NCBI GenBank assembly: GCA_030704615.1
Contig: CM060734.1
Span: 14,880,001-14,944,000, forward strand
Direction: 5' to 3'
From: Takakia lepidozioides
Taxonomy: Eukaryota; Plantae; Bryophyta
DNA length: 64,000 nucleotides
Positions 51,190 to 64,000 of the stretch are shown here, in pieces. Position 1 is the stretch's first letter. Every line of letters begins with the position of its first letter. Position numbers and translations under genes: made by a program. The notes beneath the pieces were generated by a model. It was not told the DNA's origin. It did not search any database and saw only the letters and a list, made by a program, of their open reading frames with translations.

Positions 51190-52187
51190 ATAGGCCAGCT
51201 ATTGGTTGGCCACAAGTGAGGATTTGCCGGGGGGACCCGAGAGGACGCAGAAGTAGAAACACATGTATGCGGTAGGGGTTGTCTCGCAAGGGAAAAGCCT
51301 GCCTCCTCCAGCATTGCAATCTCCTGACTTGTGAGATGTGTTCCCACCTTGACGGGCCAAACGGTTGGAGGAGCTGGCTTCATCACCACGGAAGGACGCA
51401 CGGTTCCATGCACACATCTACCATAATCGTCTGCGCAGAACCAGAACTTGTGGTTCTTTGCTTCTGGTTGGCCGTATGGACGCATCAAACCCGTGAAAGT
51501 CGGAGTAGGAGTCCGGGCACTGCCTCTGGATATAGATGAAGTGCACTTCTCGAAATTAGTTGCCCTGATCGCTGTACATTTCACACAAGACCCTGCACTT
51601 GTGCGTTCTATGTGCCAAACATGGTCGGGGCATGCGGACTCCACCACATCAAGGGGGTAGTTTCTCTCCTGCACTATTTCAGAGGCACTGTTAGATGCTG
51701 GAGCCTGCCGTCGAATCGGAGGTTCCTCAAGAATGGAGGTTCCGGACATGGATCTGTCATGCAGGGGAACACGAGGCTTCGAGAAGTTATCACGGTCTAC
51801 CCTGTGCGAATCGGAATCCGAACAAGGTGGGGTGTTCAATTTCCTCTTACATGAGCCGAATCTCTCATCCCCTTCAAGATGTGGAACTCTAGAAACAAGT
51901 GGCGTTCCCTGGGCATACATGCTCACCACCCGTGCTATCTTGCTTGGATCCCCAGATCTGTTTGCAGCACGCAACATCAACTCGTGTTTGTCCGGACCCT
52001 TGCCACCAGCCCCTCCTCGCAAGAAATCAAGGTATCTGGTTTGTTGTTGCAAGGCACGTATCAGATCATCTGTTGTTGCCACATACAAATCCCGACCTCG
52101 TTTCCCAAACTGTTGCAACCATGCATTGTGCGCAGTCTCTGCCAAATTGCAAGATGGCATGTCCGTCATTTCCTCAATGGACATGTT
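51190..52187 (-). pseudogene. Diverged second copy of the Mutator-like transposase 3' exon
   Basis: DMPSCNLAETAH..RDLYVATTDD..RVPHLEGDERFG..WHIER..KFWFC..VWPVKVGT aligns with 59637-58700. Same upstream AG acceptor. Confidence 0.85.
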
Positions 52188-52442
52188 CTGCAAAGAGCAG
52201 AACCACACTTCAGAACAGTGCACGGGTACAACATAAAGAAAGCAAGGAGAGCAAAATTTGGAAAGTAAATGTATGAATAAAGCTAGCAATACAAGCCTCG
52301 CACCATTGTCATTATAAACATGTATGTAAATATTTTTAGCTTATGACCAGCATAGTGTATCCAGGCGTGGTTTTGTGGAGGGAAAGAATGTGAATAATTT
52401 ATCAGATCAAACTATCATAGGCACTCTCAAAGATTGCTCGCC

Positions 52443-52660
52443 TTGGAAGGCTCATATGGCCAACATGGAAGGTCGACATAAGCAGGTCTAGACGTCGTGA
52501 GAGCGAATGTTGTTTCGCGGTTCTAGGCTGGAGGGAGTTTGCATTCGACAACGACTTCAAAATCGGAGACCAGCTTGTATTCATTCTCGTTTCACACTCT
52601 TGTTTTACTGTTCGAGTGTTTGACAAGTTTGGCAAACGAAGGCAAGCAACCATCACCTAG
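52443..52660 (+). pseudogene. B3 DNA-binding domain fragment (REM-like), frameshifted
   Basis: Manual translation LEGSYG[fs]TWKVDI...CFAVLGWREFAFDNDFKIGDQLVFILVSHSCFTVRVFDKFG matches the B3 consensus GW..F..DN.L..GD.LVF...F.V.VFD. Confidence 0.8.
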
Positions 52661-52949
52661 GGAGTATCCTTGGAGCCATACTAGGGTGGATTCATGGCTC
52701 CGTGGGATTGGGATTCGTATCCACCGCCGGGCCAAAAGCTTGCCAAAGCGCAAGTACACAGTTGAGATTGAATCCGGCCTGAGAACACTGCCGAAGCCAG
52801 ACTAATGTTCCACACAATGTCCCGGACATGATGAAGTCATTCCCAACGAATGTTTCCAGCAACTTTGAGCAACACGAGTTATGTACAAGAGTTGATTAAG
52901 AAAACAATGGATGTGGGCATATTGAAGAAGGAGTCTCATTTCTTCCTAA

Positions 52950-53584
52950 AGACGGTTTTTCAAAGCTCGATGGCCTAGCGCCCCCACCAGGAAGGGAGAA
53001 AGGGGGAGAGAGAGGGAGAGGGACAAAGGGAGAGAGAGGGAGAGAGAGAGGAACAGAGGGAGAGGGACAAGGGGAGAGAAAGAAAGGGGCAAAAAAAAAT
53101 AAAAAATGTGGGGGAAACCCCCCCAATGTCCTATCCCCCATCCCCACCCCCTCTCCCTGCCCTTTAAAGTTCAAACAAAAAGGCAATGTTAACTAGCGAC
53201 CCCCATCCGTCGCAAGGGTGGGCTGCCTTTTTGCCCTTCATTGTACTTTGCGACGCCTGGGCGTCGCAGCCTGGCCCCGGCGCTGGGCCCTTTAACTCAA
53301 ACGAAAAGATAGCGTTGACTAGCGACCCCCATCCATTGCAAGAAAAAAAACCCGTCGCAAGAGTGGGCTGCTTTTTTGCCCTTTGTTGCACATTGCGACG
53401 CCCGGGCGTCGCAGCCTGGCCCCGACGCTGGGTCCAACCCACCTGGTGACGCGCGGGCATCGCAAGATGGCACGTCGCACTGGATGGCGACGCCAGGGCG
53501 TTGCAAAACGGGGCCGCGAGGCTGGCACCGCACCGCGCGTGGGGATGCGGCCGGCGTCGCTAACCCCCCCTATTTGCAGTAGTG
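52950..53584. mobile_element. One end of a CACTA/En-Spm element with GC-rich subterminal repeats
   Basis: Ends ...tatttgcagtagtg (reverse complement CACTACTGCAAA). Repeated gcgacgcc/ggcgtcgc and tagcgacccc motifs at 53190-53560. Confidence 0.65.
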
Positions 53585-53669
53585 AGTTCTTTGTTGGTGC
53601 TGGGCCCCAAGTCAATGGTGCGGTCTTCTTCATATGCTGCCAGCCCCTTTTGCTTCTGCAGGCTCATGA

Positions 53670-55160
53670 GCTCAGCTACCATCTTGAATCTTCCGACCTT
53701 CCTCCATAATAAGGGAACTGGGAGCCCAGGTGCTTGGGTCAGTGACCCTGCAAGACAACCCAAAACTGTCCACCCACAGCCATTTGTTAGCAGCTCCAGA
53801 GGTGTCTAGATCTTTGGAGGAAAAGATCAGCAGGACATGAATAATCGCCAAGTTCACCAGGGCTGCATTATTCTCCACCATAAAGCCTATATGCTTTAAG
53901 TGAGAATGCAAGAGGGAGGTGCGAGGAAAAAACTCCCTGAGGATCTGCCTAGCCAAGTGCAAGGTGATCTCTCTTGGATTCCGGATATCAAGCTCTGAGG
54001 GTAACGAGTCATTGACCCAGGCAGAGCGGAAGCCTTCTCCAGTAGAGGGGATACAAAAATTCGTGTACTCGTCAAAAAATGTGAAGACGAGTGGAGTAAC
54101 ACAAATAGCAGCTTTGTCCCTAGCATAAGTAGTCCCTGGAGCCCAGCCTATAAGAGGCTTCCTGGAAAAAGAATGTAGTTCCAGAAAGGAGACAGCTGGG
54201 CTGGTGCTGTCAAGCTGCTGAAGTTCCTCCTCAGAAAACGGAAAAGAGGTTCTAGCATCCCTGATTCTGACAGGGTTGAGGTCGTATGGCCGGTTGGGAT
54301 GGATCTGTCTCGGCATGCCCCCGTTTCTTTTCCTCTTTTTGGAGAGTCGTCCCTTTTGAAGGACCTCCATGTCCATTTCTTGAGATGCCTCAACAGTAGT
54401 GCTTGGAGCTGCAGATTTGGCAAGTTTAGGGCAGTTTGATTTTATGTGCCCCTCCCCGTTGCAAGCAAAACAGATGGTGGAAATCAGCTCCACGGATAGA
54501 GACCACAATAAAGGAGTCATCTAATGTAGGGAGCTTGATTGTGGACCCAAATGGGGGCCGATTCTGGCATGAGAACAACGAGTTTCGGCACTCCATTATC
54601 CCTGTTGTAATCAAAGAAGGCAGCCTCAGTGTCCAGCTTATGATGGTGTCCTGAACTGGCTCGAAGACGTTGAGGGAGCCTATGAACGTGCCAAAACTTG
54701 CTCTTATCTCAGGGAGTGAAGTTAGGTAAGTGGCAAGGAGGAAAGGGATTGCAATCACCCTGGGCTTACATATTATTCTTTTTTTGTGACCCCAATCATG
54801 CGTCCAAGGGAACAAGAAGACTTTTGCGGCTGACAATTGGGGGTTGAATCTCAATGCTGATTATGCTTCCTTCGGAGAACAAAAGAGAACGAGATAGAAG
54901 CCTCTGCCCATGGAGAGGCAAAAATGTTGAGCGAGGCCGCCTTCTGCTCCAAAGTGCTCAACGATCCACCTACGCACCCAAAGCTCCCTGGGTCTCAGCT
55001 TTCCCGGGAAATAAAGAAGAATTCCTCTATGTGACAACTTTTTTGCTTGTGACTTAAGTTTCGCTTTGCCCACGGCTAGGACAAGCTGCTCAGCATCTCC
55101 CTGTGGTATCGAGTCTTCCCAAATTCCATCATCTGAGTGAGGGGACTACGCATTATTTGT
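53670..55160 (-). pseudogene. LINE (L1-like) ORF1 relic: DUF4283-like RRM region and CCHC knuckle
   Basis: LLYFPGK..WVRRW..SMGRGFYLVLF..FLFPW; CFACNGEGHIKSNC. Contains stops and frameshifts; no ORF2. Confidence 0.65.
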
Positions 55161-55549
55161 GGAGCTCGGTCATTTGCCCATGATAAAGTCCTTTGAGCCA
55201 TTTGAGGCGGAGTTGGGTTTGAGGATCCACTTCGTTTTACCACCTCTGATTGCTAGCACCGAATTATCACCAATCTTCGAACCAGTATGCATGGTCGAGC
55301 CACCCCGGCTCCCGTGTTTGCTTGTGGTACCTCGAGCACTCATGGTTGAGCGAGGGGAGCGGCCTACTGTCACCTGCAACATGCAGCACACACCAGCACA
55401 AAGAACTTCGCCCTCCCAGAGTGTGACAGTGAGAGACCTTGAACAGGAGATAAGTAGCAAATTAAAATGAGACACAACAGCTGAGTAGAGCAATCAGGCA
55501 CAAAAAAGGCACGACTGCACGATTTTCAAGCATGGAGGTGCTTGAAAAT

Positions 55550-56719
55550 TAGCGACGTTACGGCGTGAGCGGTGAGCGTACGCTCACGCGGGGCTGATGT
55601 GGCGTGAGCCCACGCTCAGGCCACATCAGCGCGAGCAGCAAATGCCACAAGACGGGCGATCAAAGAAAAAGAGTACATTTTCCCGTTGGACCTATAACCG
55701 TGGGAATAGGCATGTATAGTATGATCAAATTAAACCCCATAATGAAAGAAGAGCACATGGCTTCAATGCATAGGTAGGACTGTCAACTGTCGACCTATGT
55801 TGCATATTGCAAACAAGACGACACCATTTTGAGTGGCAATTGCCAATATATATATATATATATCTATCTATCTATCTATATCTATATATATCTATCTATA
55901 TATATCCTCTGAAAGTACTACTTTCAGTGGCATCTGCGGGCAAAAAACCCCCCAAAAAAACCTATAAAAACCCCTGAAAGTGGTGTGCGGCACCGCACAC
56001 CACTTTCAATGGCATCTGCCGGGGGGGGGGGGGGGGAACCCCTAAAAAAACCCCTAAAAAGAAAAGAAAACCCCTAAAAAGGGGTGTGCGGCACTGCACA
56101 CCTCTTTCTGTGGCACCGCACACTAAGAAAAAACCTTAAAAAAAAACCCTAAAAACCCTTTAAACACCTAGAAAACCCCCCCCCAAAAAAAAACCCTAAA
56201 AAGGGGTGTGCGGCACCGCACACCTCTTTCAGTGGCACCGCACACTAAAAGAAACCCTAAGAAAACCCTAAAAACCCTTAAAATCCCCAAAAAGAAAATC
56301 CCCTAAAAGTGGTGTGCGGCACCGCACACCACTTCCAGTAGTATCTGCGGGGAAAATAAAACCCCCCTAAAAACCCCCTAAAAAAACCCTAAAAATCCGA
56401 AAAAACCCAAAAAAACAAGAAAAAAAATCAGTGGCATCTGCGGGAAAAAACCCTAAAAAAAACCCTAATTACCCATCCACTATATCACCTTCCCCTTAAT
56501 TACAATTTTTATTGTGCCCACTGTCAATATCGCAGCAATTGGTTGGATCCTTGGCAATTGTGCTCTTCATATAACCTTGTCATTGGCATGCCTATAGGGA
56601 TATCCTGCCCACGGTTATGGGTGCCATCTGCGGAATTGCGTACAGTACCTTTTTGCAAAATCTTGGGGCAGCACCGCTCACGTGAGCAGAGGCTCACCGC
56701 TCACGATCTAGCATCCCTG
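55550..56719. mobile_element. Non-autonomous Mutator-like element with an internal palindrome/AAACCCT array
   Basis: TIRs tagcgacgttacggcgtgagcggtgagc / gctcaccgctcacgatctagcatccctg. 9-bp TSD cttgaaaat (55541-55549; 56720-56728). Repeated gtgtgcggcaccgcacac. Confidence 0.8.
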
Positions 56720-57601
56720 CTTGAAAATCATCAATACTCAAAATTGTGGGGGTCAAGCAACTCGCCAGGGAGGAATTGATGTAGGACTGGCGTAGCTAAG
56801 TAACGTAGAGTCCTTCGATGTCTGGCGCATTGCTGCCGAATATTTAATTATTTCAGAGAAAGTAGGTCGGGCACCTAAATTTGGATTTTTATAATTTTTG
56901 AACAAGTTGGTGGGAAAGTTATGAAGCTTTATGATAGTACCCGTATTTATTTCTCAGATTTCGGCTAGGTAGTGGTACCTAATTAAGTAAGATTCCAACA
57001 TTAACCTTCCCACCAAAATTATGAATCGGTTGTAATGAAGTCACCTACAAGTAGTTAAGTAATTCGGCGGTGACAGCTGCTGGACTTTAGAGCTGAAACA
57101 TGCTTCCAACAAATATCGCGGCGTAGTAATATTGCTACACGGTAGAGGTCTACGTGTTTGCTGCGATGGTGGATAAGTGGCAACCCGTCTCTTCTCTCTT
57201 CTCTCGTCTCTATCTATCGTCTCTCTTCTCTCTTCTTTCGTATAGTGGATGGTGGATAGACTATGACTCAAAGCCTAGAGCCTTACAAGATATTAATTCT
57301 GAAGAAATTTAGGAATCACAGTCCTGTTTGCTATTGTACTTGCAAGAATTGCTTTACATTGAGATGGTTAAGATTACCAGCAAAATGCACATGTCCTTTA
57401 AAGTTGAAAGAAAGCTTTGATCTAGATTTTGCTGTGAGAAATAAAAGAATGAAGTGTCACTGTTTTAGAAAGTTCAGATTGCTTCCAAACTGGATGTGTA
57501 GGTGTAAATTAGTTGATTAGCATGATAATTTTTGGAAGCCTACCGACTAAGGTATTGTCTCCGTTGCTACAAATCAAAATGGCAGACAAACAAACATTGA
57601 T

Positions 57602-57691
57602 CAGCATCTGGATGATTTCATGCAGGTGTTCTTGGATGATTTCAGTGTGTACAGCTCTAAGAATGAGCACTTTCATCTTTTTCTGAAATAG
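57602..57691 (+). pseudogene. Isolated Gypsy RT fragment
   Basis: QHLDDFMQVFLDDFSVYSSKNEH. Confidence 0.65.
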
Positions 57692-57799
57692 GCCGGGAAC
57701 AGTATGAGCTTGCTCAAGCTCAAGCAGCAGAGGAGATCTCACACCAAGTTGCTGCTAGCAGGTTGGTGATTGCACAAAGTCAGAAGAGGCCTGTAGGAC

Positions 57800-60700
57800 G
57801 AGGGCAGCTAGGTCATGAGCCCAGCCCCATGAGCCTGGGAGCTGGGCTCACGTTTCAGGCACTAAGCGTGAACCTAGGCTCACGCTTGGTAAGCATGAGC
57901 CTAGGGTTTAGGGTCTATTAGAAACAACACCTATTCCCGTGGAACAAGGGCCTATTCCCGCTGGAACAGACAACATCTTGAACTGCACAGCGCAATATGA
58001 GAATGCAGGAGCACTTTTGCGACAGGATCGACAGCACAATCCATGCATATGCAATGAAAGGAGATGACCATGCAATACATGAGTTGCATAGGACCGGCAC
58101 AAGAGTGAGTGATTGAATGAAGACATGCACTGAATTACGAGTATGTTTTTGCTTCATTGTTACTCAATTTCCGCGCAAAGTATGACATGCAAACAAGCAC
58201 CAAGGGGCATTGCACCAAACACTCTCCATGATTCTACTTAACCGATCTCGGACCTGTCACGTTGCAGAAGAGTACGGACTTCACCAGGTGATAGCGTGGC
58301 CTGGTGAATGTATTGGTCTCTTTTGGGGTCACAACACATCTTGCGCACAAAAATGTAGTATAGGTGCTTGCATGGAACCCACTTCCCCTTCCTTCTCAGG
58401 CTGCCCTCACGCATGAAAACAAAATCCGGACAAGTGCATTCCGGGCAGGTGCCAATCGTAACCTGATACGCCTTATCCTGAAGAAGCGAGCCCGAAGTGA
58501 CCATTGTGTAGACACGACCAAATCTGGGGGGTGGGGGACTTCCATGGTAGATGTCACCCTTGCCTGCAAGATTCTGGCTGACTCAACCTTGCAGTCGTGT
58601 TCCGCACCTGACTGCACACGCCGCACAGTCTTCCCATTCTTTTTGGTGGGGTGAGAATCAACTGAAGGTGGGACCTCTGCAAACGAAGTGACAGTGGATG
58701 CAGGGCCAGTTGCAGGAAGAATTGGACAGCGTGCCAGTCGGAATCCATGGTCCTCCAACATGACAATCTCCAGTGTTGAGAGGGAGGTTCCCGTCTTCAC
58801 TGGCCAGACAGTTGGTGGGGGCGGCTTCATTATCACGGACTCCCGCACGGTTCCCTTCACACAGATCTCAATATCATCGGGGCAGAACCAGAATTTATGA
58901 ACTTTGGACTCTTTTGCCATATAAGGTATAATCAAACCTGTGAATGCAGGAGCAGGAGTTCCACGAGAGCCTTTGCTGATTTGGATTTTGCATTTTGCAT
59001 AAGTCTTTGCCCGGATTGTAGTACATTTCACCCTCGAACCACTCGGAGCACGCTCGATGTGCCAGTCGCTATCATCATAGTCAGTCTCCTGCACAGGCGG
59101 ATCCACGTCCGAGGAACCACCTAGAACCGGCAAGTTGGCAAGCGATTGGGAGGGCTCCCAGGAAGAAGACGCTGCACCAAATGTCTCACCGCTTGAACCT
59201 CCCTGCATTGGAGACAACCGGGGCATGGAGAAATTCATTCTGTCGTGGCGATGGGAATCCCCATCTGCACCTGGAGGGGTGTCAAGCTTGTGTTTACATG
59301 TTCCAAACCTCTCCTCCCCTTCCAAGTGAGGAACCCTTGATTGCAGTGGAGACCCCTCTGTGCACTTGTTGAGTGTCTGTGCCATCTTACTCGGATCACC
59401 CGATCTCTTGGCGGCCCTCAGCATCAATTCAGTGGTGTCTGGGCCTTTCCCTCCTGCCCGTCCCCTTAGAAAATCCTGATATCTGGTTTGTTGGCAAAGT
59501 GCTTGAACCATATCGTCCGTTGAGGCAGCATACAAATCTCTGCCTGTTTTCCCGAACTGCGCCTTCCAGTCACTGTGTACCGATTCCGCCAAATTGCAGG
59601 ATGGCATGTCCGCCATATCTTCAAGTGACATGTCCTGCAAAACAACACCAAAAAATGAATGTATGGAAGTGGAACTGCTGTACAGAAGCAGAAGGTGAAG
59701 AATTGCAACAACAACAATCTTTCAATGTGGTTGAAGAGAGCTCACCGTTGTCATGAAAGCTCCCCATTGTCTGTAGCGGAAATGCCAGAAGACAATCCAA
59801 TTCTTTCTGGAAGTCTTCACTTGCAGCCCCAGATGACACCCACCAAGCCCTGATCCCGGCGTACCTGCTATCAGCCTCAGCCAGAGTTTTGGCGTTCTTG
59901 TACAGATGACACAGCCTCCTATGCTCCGCTTGCAGATCAGGTTATATGCACCTCTTTGTGTGCTTCTCCAGAGATTGAGTCCAGTGGAAAAGGCAAGTGC
60001 GCTCCATGTTGGCCATTGGCACCTTCGGATCCCCCGAACCGAAAACTTGCCTAACCGCATTCCAGTTTGCCTGTGCACTATCAGCCATGAACCTTGCGAA
60101 ATTTGTGTCCGCAACACCATTGGCCCTCATGACAGATTTCAAGCAGTTCCACATTATCATTTGAGACTCCGTGTCCTCATACTGCATGTCACATATGGCA
60201 ATGGACATGAGGCGCTGATAAACTGGATCGTAGACATGGCATGCCATGGTCGTCCAATTCTTTACTCGTTTGCAGTGGTCAAACATCAACCACGCCTTCG
60301 CCAAATCTCCACCAGGCTGCATACGCTCGACAAGGGTGACACCGCTCCCCTGACCGACTGTAGACATTTTGAACAAGTGCACTTTGGTCGATCCTTGTCC
60401 TAGGAAGACACTATCCTAAATGAAGTCGTACCGACTTCGACGTTTCAGGTCCAGAATGTTGTCCATGCAACCTCTGTTACCCAGACCCATTCTCAACGCA
60501 TTCACCTGGTTTAGGATATTTGGAGAGCTAAGAATGGAGAAGTGGTCCATCACTGCTTCAAGCGAACTCCCCTCCAGTTTCACACAGGACTGATCTTCCC
60601 CCGCTAGGATGTGCTTGACAAGAAATGTTTTGCTGGCGGCAAGCGCAATCGCAGACGGTTTTGCAGAGGGAGTGTTGTAGAATTCCTCCTTTAGAAGGGC

Positions 60701-63700
60701 CTTTGAAACGTCGATGCTTTCTCTACATCCCCCTTTCGACAGTGGATGTTCATGACTTCCAATATGTATGTAGGCACGGGTCATCGTCTTGCAGCGGTGT
60801 GTCACATAATACATACGGGCAGGGCACAGTGCTACACACGATGGGGCGACCTTGCAATACATGCAGACGAAGGTGTTGTTGACTGGAGGGGCACAACCTG
60901 GCATGAAAAGATTGTCCGCAACATCCTCCCACTCAGTCTCATTTGAAGAGCTTTGGCCACGCCTCCATGGGCAATTGCCATTGAGGCACTGAACGTGACC
61001 GATGCAGACCGACCTCCGGAACAACAAATCATCGTCATTATGAATATTTGTAGTTTTTGTTTTGCACCATGGGTGTCCATCATACTTCTTGTCCATTCCC
61101 TGCAAGAGACCCGCAAGCCCACCCGATGAGGTTGGTGGATCGAGTTCAAACAAAACATCCCCGTTGAAGGCCCTGGGCAGGTATCGAATTTGCTGGATTG
61201 GGAAACCATCCCAATCAATTAGCCGTAGCTCACTTTTCCTCCCACCAACGCCACAGAGAGCTTTGAGTTTCGGAATGGCACTTTTGATCTCCTCAACGTC
61301 ACTGTCCCTCCCAGGAGCAGGTGCTGGGCCACCAGGAATCTCCGACACATTGTTCTCCGAGGAATCGGACAATGTCACGAACGTCGTGGAGGGTGTTGCC
61401 TTGTCCTTTACGACCACAAACCTTCGATCGAGAAAAACAAAAGCCGCAGTGCCAGGTGTGACCATGGAGGCACCGGTCTCTTTTCTTTGAGCCCCATGCA
61501 CCCGGTATCTACCGGCACGAACTTTCCATTCCTTACATGCTCCCGATTTAGTGGGAAGGCGAAGGTGAGTCCGGGCCATACCTCTGTCAGCAAAATAAAT
61601 CTCCTCCAGAACATTGCATGTGCCGATTTCAAATTTGAATTGCGATGCGAGAACATCTTCCCCAACCACAGCGAAGCCCTCGTCGTCCACGGACGCACTC
61701 AAGGGAACACAGTGCTGGTCCCCATAGAAACATGCTTCAGAATCCAAGGAGGAGGCCATTCATTTCCGGCAGGGACGAAGTGGCAACACACCAATATTTG
61801 AAGAACAGGAAGTGGCTCAATGACACACTACGCACAATGCTTGTGTGTTGTCTCACAACAATCGACCCCCTAAACTTGCTGAATTCCATTACAACCTTGT
61901 TCATTAGAGTCCATCCGGCCACATCCAATTCCGAATCAGACCAGAGGAAACCGTGGAGAACAAGTCCATGATCCATGAAACCATGCATTAACCATCAAAA
62001 CATGGATTATGCCATGGCGCCCGACAAGTGGAGGGAACATTGGATCGATGGCGGCGCATTTACTCCAGCCCTCCCAACCACATCGGGAGCCACGTACGAA
62101 ATGTGGGGTGGCTTGCATGTCTTACAACAACTGAATCTGTTGTTTGCAAACCGTCAAACTGGAGAGCTCGAGAGGCAGTGAGGAGAGTGTTTGTTTTCAG
62201 AGGAAAAAGAGAATGAAGTCATTGTACTTCACAAGCAGCAAGGCTAGGAAGAGAGCACGAGAGAGGATGAGACTGCAAACCATAAACGAAGAGGAAAAGG
62301 AGGAAGAAGAGATGATGGAGGGAGGACAAGGCATTGAGGAGAGACTGGCAATGCAAACGATCTCCAAATAGATGAACAGCCGCCTATCATGCGCAGAAAG
62401 GGTGAGGAAGAGACAGCATTGGAGGGCGACTCGGACCCCGAATACGACGTTGATGCTCGCCTCATGCAGAAGCACATTCTTGACAAGAGGATGGAAGAGA
62501 GGTTCCAGAAAATGATCGGCGTTGAAAGCACTGTCAAGCGGAAAGTGGACCTGACGATTGGAGAGACTTTGCCTGCAGCACAAAGGATGGTAGAAGTGTT
62601 GTCGTGTTTCTCCTTTTCTTCTTGTGATAAGTTATGCTAGGAGAGTGTGCGGCACCGCACACTCTCGCAGCTGTCTGGCCGTGTTTGTTTTCGGTTCGCC
62701 TTTTGATTTGGGAGAAGCAGGAAACAATCTCTTTCATGTTTCTAAGTAGCTTGCAGGGTGATATTGCAAGTCTCCCAGAGATATAGATAATTAGTTTTCA
62801 AGTAACTTTCTCTTTTCGCTGAATATCTGTGGAGTCTAGCTTCCCTTTCATCACTCATGTCCCATGTCTTTCATATCTTTAATGAGGCAATAGCCAAAAC
62901 TCTCTTCTGTAGTATCTCTCGTATATGCCTGGATTTCTTTCAAGCTTTAATGCACCCTTGGCTATAGTAGAAGGCTCCGTTACCATATAACCATATGGCA
63001 AGCATGTCTGAAAAGCTGTTCTTGGTGTAAGTTTGATCCACAAAATATCCTTAGGAATCCAATTCTTTACCAGTACAAGTTCTTCATGCATATGAGTAAA
63101 AACATTCACTTTCCATTCCTCCCAGCTTTCAAACTCCACTCGTTTAATGGATAGCAATGCTATCACATAAACCAGTGTTGGTAACCAACTTGCTCTCCCT
63201 CTACAGGCCACTTGATAAATCTTTATCACTCTTTTCTCCAGACCCCACTCACTAGAAGAGAAACCGGCTTTTTCCACGGCTTTTTCCACACTTTTTGCTG
63301 TGGAATCAGCCGCAATCCACACCTGTCGTGGGTGTAAGAAACGACTAGTGCTTTCGGACACCTCGTGGACGGCCTGGCTCTCGGGTGGCCCTGTGGAAAA
63401 GTCCACGGGTGGCTGAATCCAGAGGTGGTTTTTTTCACGGGGTGAATGGCTTTTTCCACGGGCGATGTGTGCTTTGGCGAACACCGCCACGTGGATCCTA
63501 GACGTACAAAGGGTGTGGACTTGTCCATACCTACGGGAAAATTATGCGACAGCCCTGTCACCATGGCTTGACGACATCTGGGCAACAGTATGGGCACCAC
63601 GTGTATTTTTGTCAGGGCAACACGTGGCGTATTTTGGAGCAACTCTTGGTGTGGGTGTGGAGTATTTTACTGCCTATACTGTAGGTCATTCCACATAACT

Positions 63701-64000
63701 GTGGAGAAGACCATAGCGGGTGTGAAATATACTACGACCTACGTTGTAGGACATTCCACATAAATGTGAAGGATACCACAGTTCACCGTAGGTTGCTTGT
63801 GGTCAGTATCACGATCTAAAGACACCTAAACACAATTCCAAAGCATCACGGCAACAACCTGCTCATGACATGAAGAACTGACTAAGCATGGCCAGAACAA
63901 CAGATAGAATGAGCAGATGCAACGATAATTCAAAATTACATAAGTGCTTCAGTGCCCAAATACACTTCAGTCTGACATCAAAGAGTCTGAGTCTGAGTCT
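57800..64000 (-). mobile_element. Large Mutator-like (MULE) element; one terminus at ~57800, other end not seen
   Basis: Terminus gagggcagctaggtcatgagc with gagc/gctcacg repeats like those of the two TSD-flanked small elements. Transposase inside; palindrome gtgtgcggcaccgcacac at ~62645. Confidence 0.65.
58238..61759 (-). pseudogene. MULE transposase: GCM-like Zn domain, DDE core and SWIM finger; disrupted
   Basis: WLMFDH (D1), FMADSAQANWNAVRQVF (D2), CLFHW (CxxH), SCNLAESVHS (E), SWIM CTCPDF..PCKHL. In-frame TAG at 60418-60416, TAA at 59944-59942, frameshifts, intron ~59745-59638. Confidence 0.88.

Noticed and set aside
50850-53584. cactacagaaa at 50850 as the left TIR of the CACTA end
   Set aside because: 3-bp flanks differ (ctt vs agt) and no subterminal repeats follow it.
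62144-63490. Host genes in ORFs 62144-62640 (+) and 62879-63490 (-)
   Set aside because: Short or disrupted, with no recognisable motif; probably MULE interior or other TE debris.

Overview
Eukaryotic, TE-dense land-plant DNA. A non-seed plant is my inference from the PLS-type PPR remnant and the TE families; the species cannot be named from the sequence. The only convincingly intact host gene is a 7-exon MFS inositol transporter (INT family, minus strand, 12432-16646). The rest is pseudogene fragments (Agenet, START/polyketide-cyclase, PPR, B3, a probable plastid protein) and nested mobile elements: three Ty3/Gypsy families, a Mutator-like family with non-autonomous derivatives, a CACTA end, a LINE ORF1 relic, a MITE and tRNA-derived SINE-like repeats. 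The standout is a decayed Ty3/Gypsy element (~31400-42226, minus) whose pol carries a DNMT3-like C5 cytosine methyltransferase domain between protease and RT, in the order gag-PR-DNMT-RT-RH-INT. It abuts a spliced, decayed gene that joins a ParB/Srx-like N-terminus to what looks like the start of an N6/N4 amino-methyltransferase domain. The Mutator-like transposase at 58238-61759 has a GCM-like DNA-binding domain. All domain calls come from reading motifs by eye; no searches were run.
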